Shown here piece after piece: positions 27,043 through 29,548 of a stretch of DNA of 29,548 nucleotides. A program made the translations under genes and the position numbers. This stretch comes from Myxococcota bacterium. Its GTDB lineage: Bacteria; Myxococcota; JACRCW01. The notes beneath the pieces are model-generated. The model searched no databases. It worked only from the letters and a program-made list of their open reading frames with translations, and was not told where the DNA came from. Location of the stretch: the NCBI GenBank assembly GCA_040752415.1, contig JBFMGU010000131.1:1-29548 (forward strand). The letters run 5' to 3'. Every line of letters starts with the position of its first letter. The first letter of the stretch is position 1.

Positions 27043-27072
27043 TTCCCGCTCCCGCCCCCGATCCCGTTCCCG
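27043..27072. repeat. Five tandem NNCCCG hexamers
   Basis: TTCCCG CTCCCG CCCCCG ATCCCG TTCCCG, read directly. Confidence 0.85.
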
Positions 27073-27210
27073 AGGGCCGAACCTTCCCGGTCACGACGAC
27101 GTTCCCCACCCGGGGCAAGCCAGGGCAGCACGAGCGCGGGCATGACGTCGGGGGTGCCCGGTGTCAGGTGACGGGTTGGGATGCGGAGTCCTCGCCCCGG
27201 CTGAGGGGGG

Positions 27211-27239
27211 TTGTCGTGGGAGCCGGGCATCCGTATCTT
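27211..27239 (+). promoter_or_regulatory. Putative sigma70 promoter for def-fmt (TTGTCG-17-TATCTT)
   Basis: Good hexamers with a 17-bp spacer, followed by a 7-bp leader hairpin (27248-27264) and SD GGAG. Confidence 0.6.
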
Positions 27240-27275
27240 GCGTAGTCGCGATGCGGGGCATCGCCGGGAGTGACC

Positions 27276-27824
27276 ATGGCAGTTCGTGAAATCCTGATCT
27301 GGCCCGACAAGCGCCTGGCGCAGGTCAGCGAGCCGGTGGCGATCATCAACGACGAGATCCGCACGCTGGTCAACGACATGCTGGAGACGATGTACGCCGC
27401 CAACGGCGTGGGCCTGGCCGCTCCCCAGGTGGGTGTCCTCAAGCGCGTGGTGGTGATCGACCTCCAGGGTCGTGACGGCGCCCCGTCGGGGGAGAAGCCG
27501 CTGGTGCTCATCAACCCGGTGTTCTCCGGCAAGGAGGGCGAGCTGACCTGGGAGGAGGGCTGCCTCTCGGTGCCCAACGAGGTGGGCATGGTCACGCGCG
27601 CGGCCAAGTGCACGGTGGACTTCCTGGACATCCAGGGCAACCCGCAGCGCGTGACGGGTGAAGGCCTGGCCAGCGTGGCGCTCCAGCATGAGTGCGACCA
27701 CCTGGATGGCAAGCTCTTCGTGGACTACCTGGGCCGGCTGAAGCGGGACGTGATTCGTCGTCGCATGATGAAGCTCAAGGCTGAGCGCGAGCGCGGCCGT
27801 GAGAGCGCCTACGCCCAGCTCTGA
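27276..27824 (+). CDS. def: Peptide deformylase
   Basis: Motifs GVGLAAPQVG, EGCLS and QHECDHLDG. Confidence 0.98.
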   Translation: MAVREILIWPDKRLAQVSEPVAIINDEIRTLVNDMLETMYAANGVGLAAPQVGVLKRVVVIDLQGRDGAPSGEKPLVLINPVFSGKEGELTWEEGCLSVPNEVGMVTRAAKCTVDFLDIQGNPQRVTGEGLASVALQHECDHLDGKLFVDYLGRLKRDVIRRRMMKLKAERERGRESAYAQL

Positions 27825-27854
27825 CGCCCCATTTCGGAGCCACCCTTCCCTTCC

Positions 27855-28811
27855 ATGCCCTCGCTGCGGGTCCTCTTCTTCGGCTCGCCCGCGTTCGCGG
27901 TGCCGTCGCTGCGTGCGCTCCACGCCGCGGGGCACCAGGTCGTGGGCGCGGTCTGCCAACCCGACGCCCCCAAGGGCCGCGGCTACAAGCTGGAGCCCCC
28001 CGCGGTGAAGGTTGCCGCCGAGGAGCTGGGCATCCCGGTGCACCAGCCGGAGCGGGTGAAGGGTGAGAAGGGCAAGCCGTTCCTGGAGCTGGCGCGCAGC
28101 CTCAAGCCGGACATCGCCGTGGTGGCGGCGTACGGCAAGATCCTTCCGCAGGACCTGTTGGACGTCCCGCGCGCGGGCTGCGTGAACCTGCACGCCTCCA
28201 TCCTCCCCCGCTTCCGCGGCGCCTCCCCCATCCAGCACGCCATCCTCGAAGGCGACGCGGAGACGGGCGTGTGCCTCATGCGCATGGTGCTGGAGCTGGA
28301 CGCCGGCGACGTCTACGCGTGCGCGCGTACCCGCATCACCGACGAGGACACCGCGGAAGCGCTGAGCGCACGCCTGGCCGACCTGGCGGCGGAGCTGTGC
28401 GTGAAGCACCTGCCGGACGTCGTCAGCGGGGCGTTGAAGCCGGAGCCGCAGGACCCCACCAAGGTGACGTACGCGCCCATGCTGGACAAGGAGATGGGTC
28501 GCATCCTGTGGAGCGGCGACGCGGCGCGGGAAGCCCGACGTGTGCGCGCCATGACGCCGTGGCCGGGCACGTGGACGTTGTTCCGGGGTGAGACGCTCAA
28601 GATTCATCGGGCGCAGGTGGTGACGGTGGAAGGGGAGCCGGGCGTGCCGGGAACGGTGATTGCCATGGGACCGGACTTCCTCGACGTGGCGTGCGCCCAG
28701 GACGCGCTGCGTCTCCTCGAGGTGCAGCCGCCGGGCAAGCGTCGCATGGGCACCGGAGACTTCATGCGTGGTGCACGTCTGCGCGTGGGGGATTCCTTCC
28801 AGGAGCGCTGA
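27855..28811 (+). CDS. fmt: Methionyl-tRNA formyltransferase
   Basis: Motifs FFGSPAFA, QPD.PKGRG, VAAYGKIL, NLHASILPRFRGASPIQ, LDAGD and PWPG. Directly follows def. Confidence 0.98.
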   Translation: MPSLRVLFFGSPAFAVPSLRALHAAGHQVVGAVCQPDAPKGRGYKLEPPAVKVAAEELGIPVHQPERVKGEKGKPFLELARSLKPDIAVVAAYGKILPQDLLDVPRAGCVNLHASILPRFRGASPIQHAILEGDAETGVCLMRMVLELDAGDVYACARTRITDEDTAEALSARLADLAAELCVKHLPDVVSGALKPEPQDPTKVTYAPMLDKEMGRILWSGDAAREARRVRAMTPWPGTWTLFRGETLKIHRAQVVTVEGEPGVPGTVIAMGPDFLDVACAQDALRLLEVQPPGKRRMGTGDFMRGARLRVGDSFQER

Positions 28812-28853
28812 CACGTTGCGCCGTCACCGCCCTGGGCGGGATGGTGCGGGTGC

Positions 28854-29548
28854 ATGTCGCTCTTCGTCATGGCGGTGCTGACGGTCTTGCTGGCGCAGCT
28901 GTGGTGGCTGTGGCCCGCGCTGACCGGCGCCTCGGCCTTCTTCACCCGCGACATCCTGGCCTTCCGCCTCCCCTACCAGGCGCGCCTGGGCGCAGAGCTC
29001 GTCGAGGGCCGATGGCCCGCCTGGGCGCCCGAGTTCGGCGGTGGCATGCCGCTGTGGCACCACCCCTCGGCGGAGAATGCCGACCCGCTCACGCTGCTCT
29101 TTGCGCTCCTGCCGCCCCACCATGCCAACGCGGTGAGCATGGCGCTGCACCTGGTGCTCACCACCGTCGGAATGGCGCTGTTGTGTCGTTCTCTGCGGGT
29201 GCATCCCGTGCTCAGCGCGTGGGCGGGCCTGATGTACGCGTGCAGCGGGCCGGCGGCGTCGTTCTACACCGTGGGCTTCATGGACGTGACGTCGCTGCCG
29301 TGGGTGCTGCTCGGCGGACGGATGTGCGCGCGTCCCTCGTCCCGTGCCCGCTGGTTGGTGCCGCTCGTCGTGGCGTACCGCCTCCTCCGCCCTGACCCGC
29401 TGATGGTGGCCGCGAGCATGGTGCTTGCCGCGCTGGTCGCGTGGAGCTGCGCGGCCCTGGGGCGACGTCGTCAGGCGCTGGTGGAGCTGGCCCTTGGCTC
29501 ATGCCTTGGCGCGTTGCTCGCGGCGCCGTTCCTGTTGCCGGCCGCGGC
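28854..29548 (+). CDS. 3'-truncated YfhO/GT-C-like membrane protein (not in the ORF track)
   Basis: Hand translation gives MSLFVMAVLTVLLAQLWWLWPALTGASAFFTRDILAFRLPYQ...GRWPAWAPEFGGGMPLW...ALHLVL...AGLMYACSG. The frame stays open to the window end. Confidence 0.78.
   Translation, partial: MSLFVMAVLTVLLAQLWWLWPALTGASAFFTRDILAFRLPYQARLGAELVEGRWPAWAPEFGGGMPLWHHPSAENADPLTLLFALLPPHHANAVSMALHLVLTTVGMALLCRSLRVHPVLSAWAGLMYACSGPAASFYTVGFMDVTSLPWVLLGGRMCARPSSRARWLVPLVVAYRLLRPDPLMVAASMVLAALVAWSCAALGRRRQALVELALGSCLGALLAAPFLLPAA

Noticed and set aside
30..28814. Long alternative ORFs such as 30..1190+, 2554..4038-, 4330..6237+, 8425..10212+, 14723..16348+ and 26997..28814-
   Set aside because: They are shadow or antisense frames of well-supported genes, expected in high-GC DNA, and carry no family motifs.
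28809..28856. Readthrough or selenocysteine fusion of fmt with the in-frame downstream membrane ORF
   Set aside because: Fmt is full length at its TGA, no SECIS-like element was recognised, and a shared frame has a one-in-three chance.

Overview
A GC-rich, gene-dense chromosomal window, most likely from a myxobacterium (Myxococcota). The taxonomic call rests on a MYXO-CTERM-like tail, an HRDITPQN Hanks kinase, a GYF_2/TPR membrane protein and an ECF sigma/ZAS pair. It holds 25 supportable CDSs. Housekeeping genes are ahcY, ruvB, murA, prmC, def and fmt. The others are a Ser/Thr kinase, a NodU-family carbamoyltransferase, DUF885, an ECF sigma and anti-sigma, UPF0489, a Nit1-type amidase, a ferredoxin-MBL hydrolase, two GT-C/YfhO-like membrane proteins (one runs off the right edge and is missing from the ORF track), an M15 peptidase with MYXO-CTERM, a GDPD, a site-2 protease and several hypotheticals. 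I saw no rRNA, tRNA, CRISPR array, transposase or integrase. The best leads are an NPFG/DPF-repeat disordered arm on the GYF-TM-TPR protein, a stalked and probably surface-anchored peptidoglycan peptidase with a CxxxCxCxxC insert, a switch-like structured murA leader that sequesters the SD, and a structured or G-quadruplex-prone region upstream of the site-2 protease. All family calls come from motif recognition by eye. No searches or folding calculations were run.
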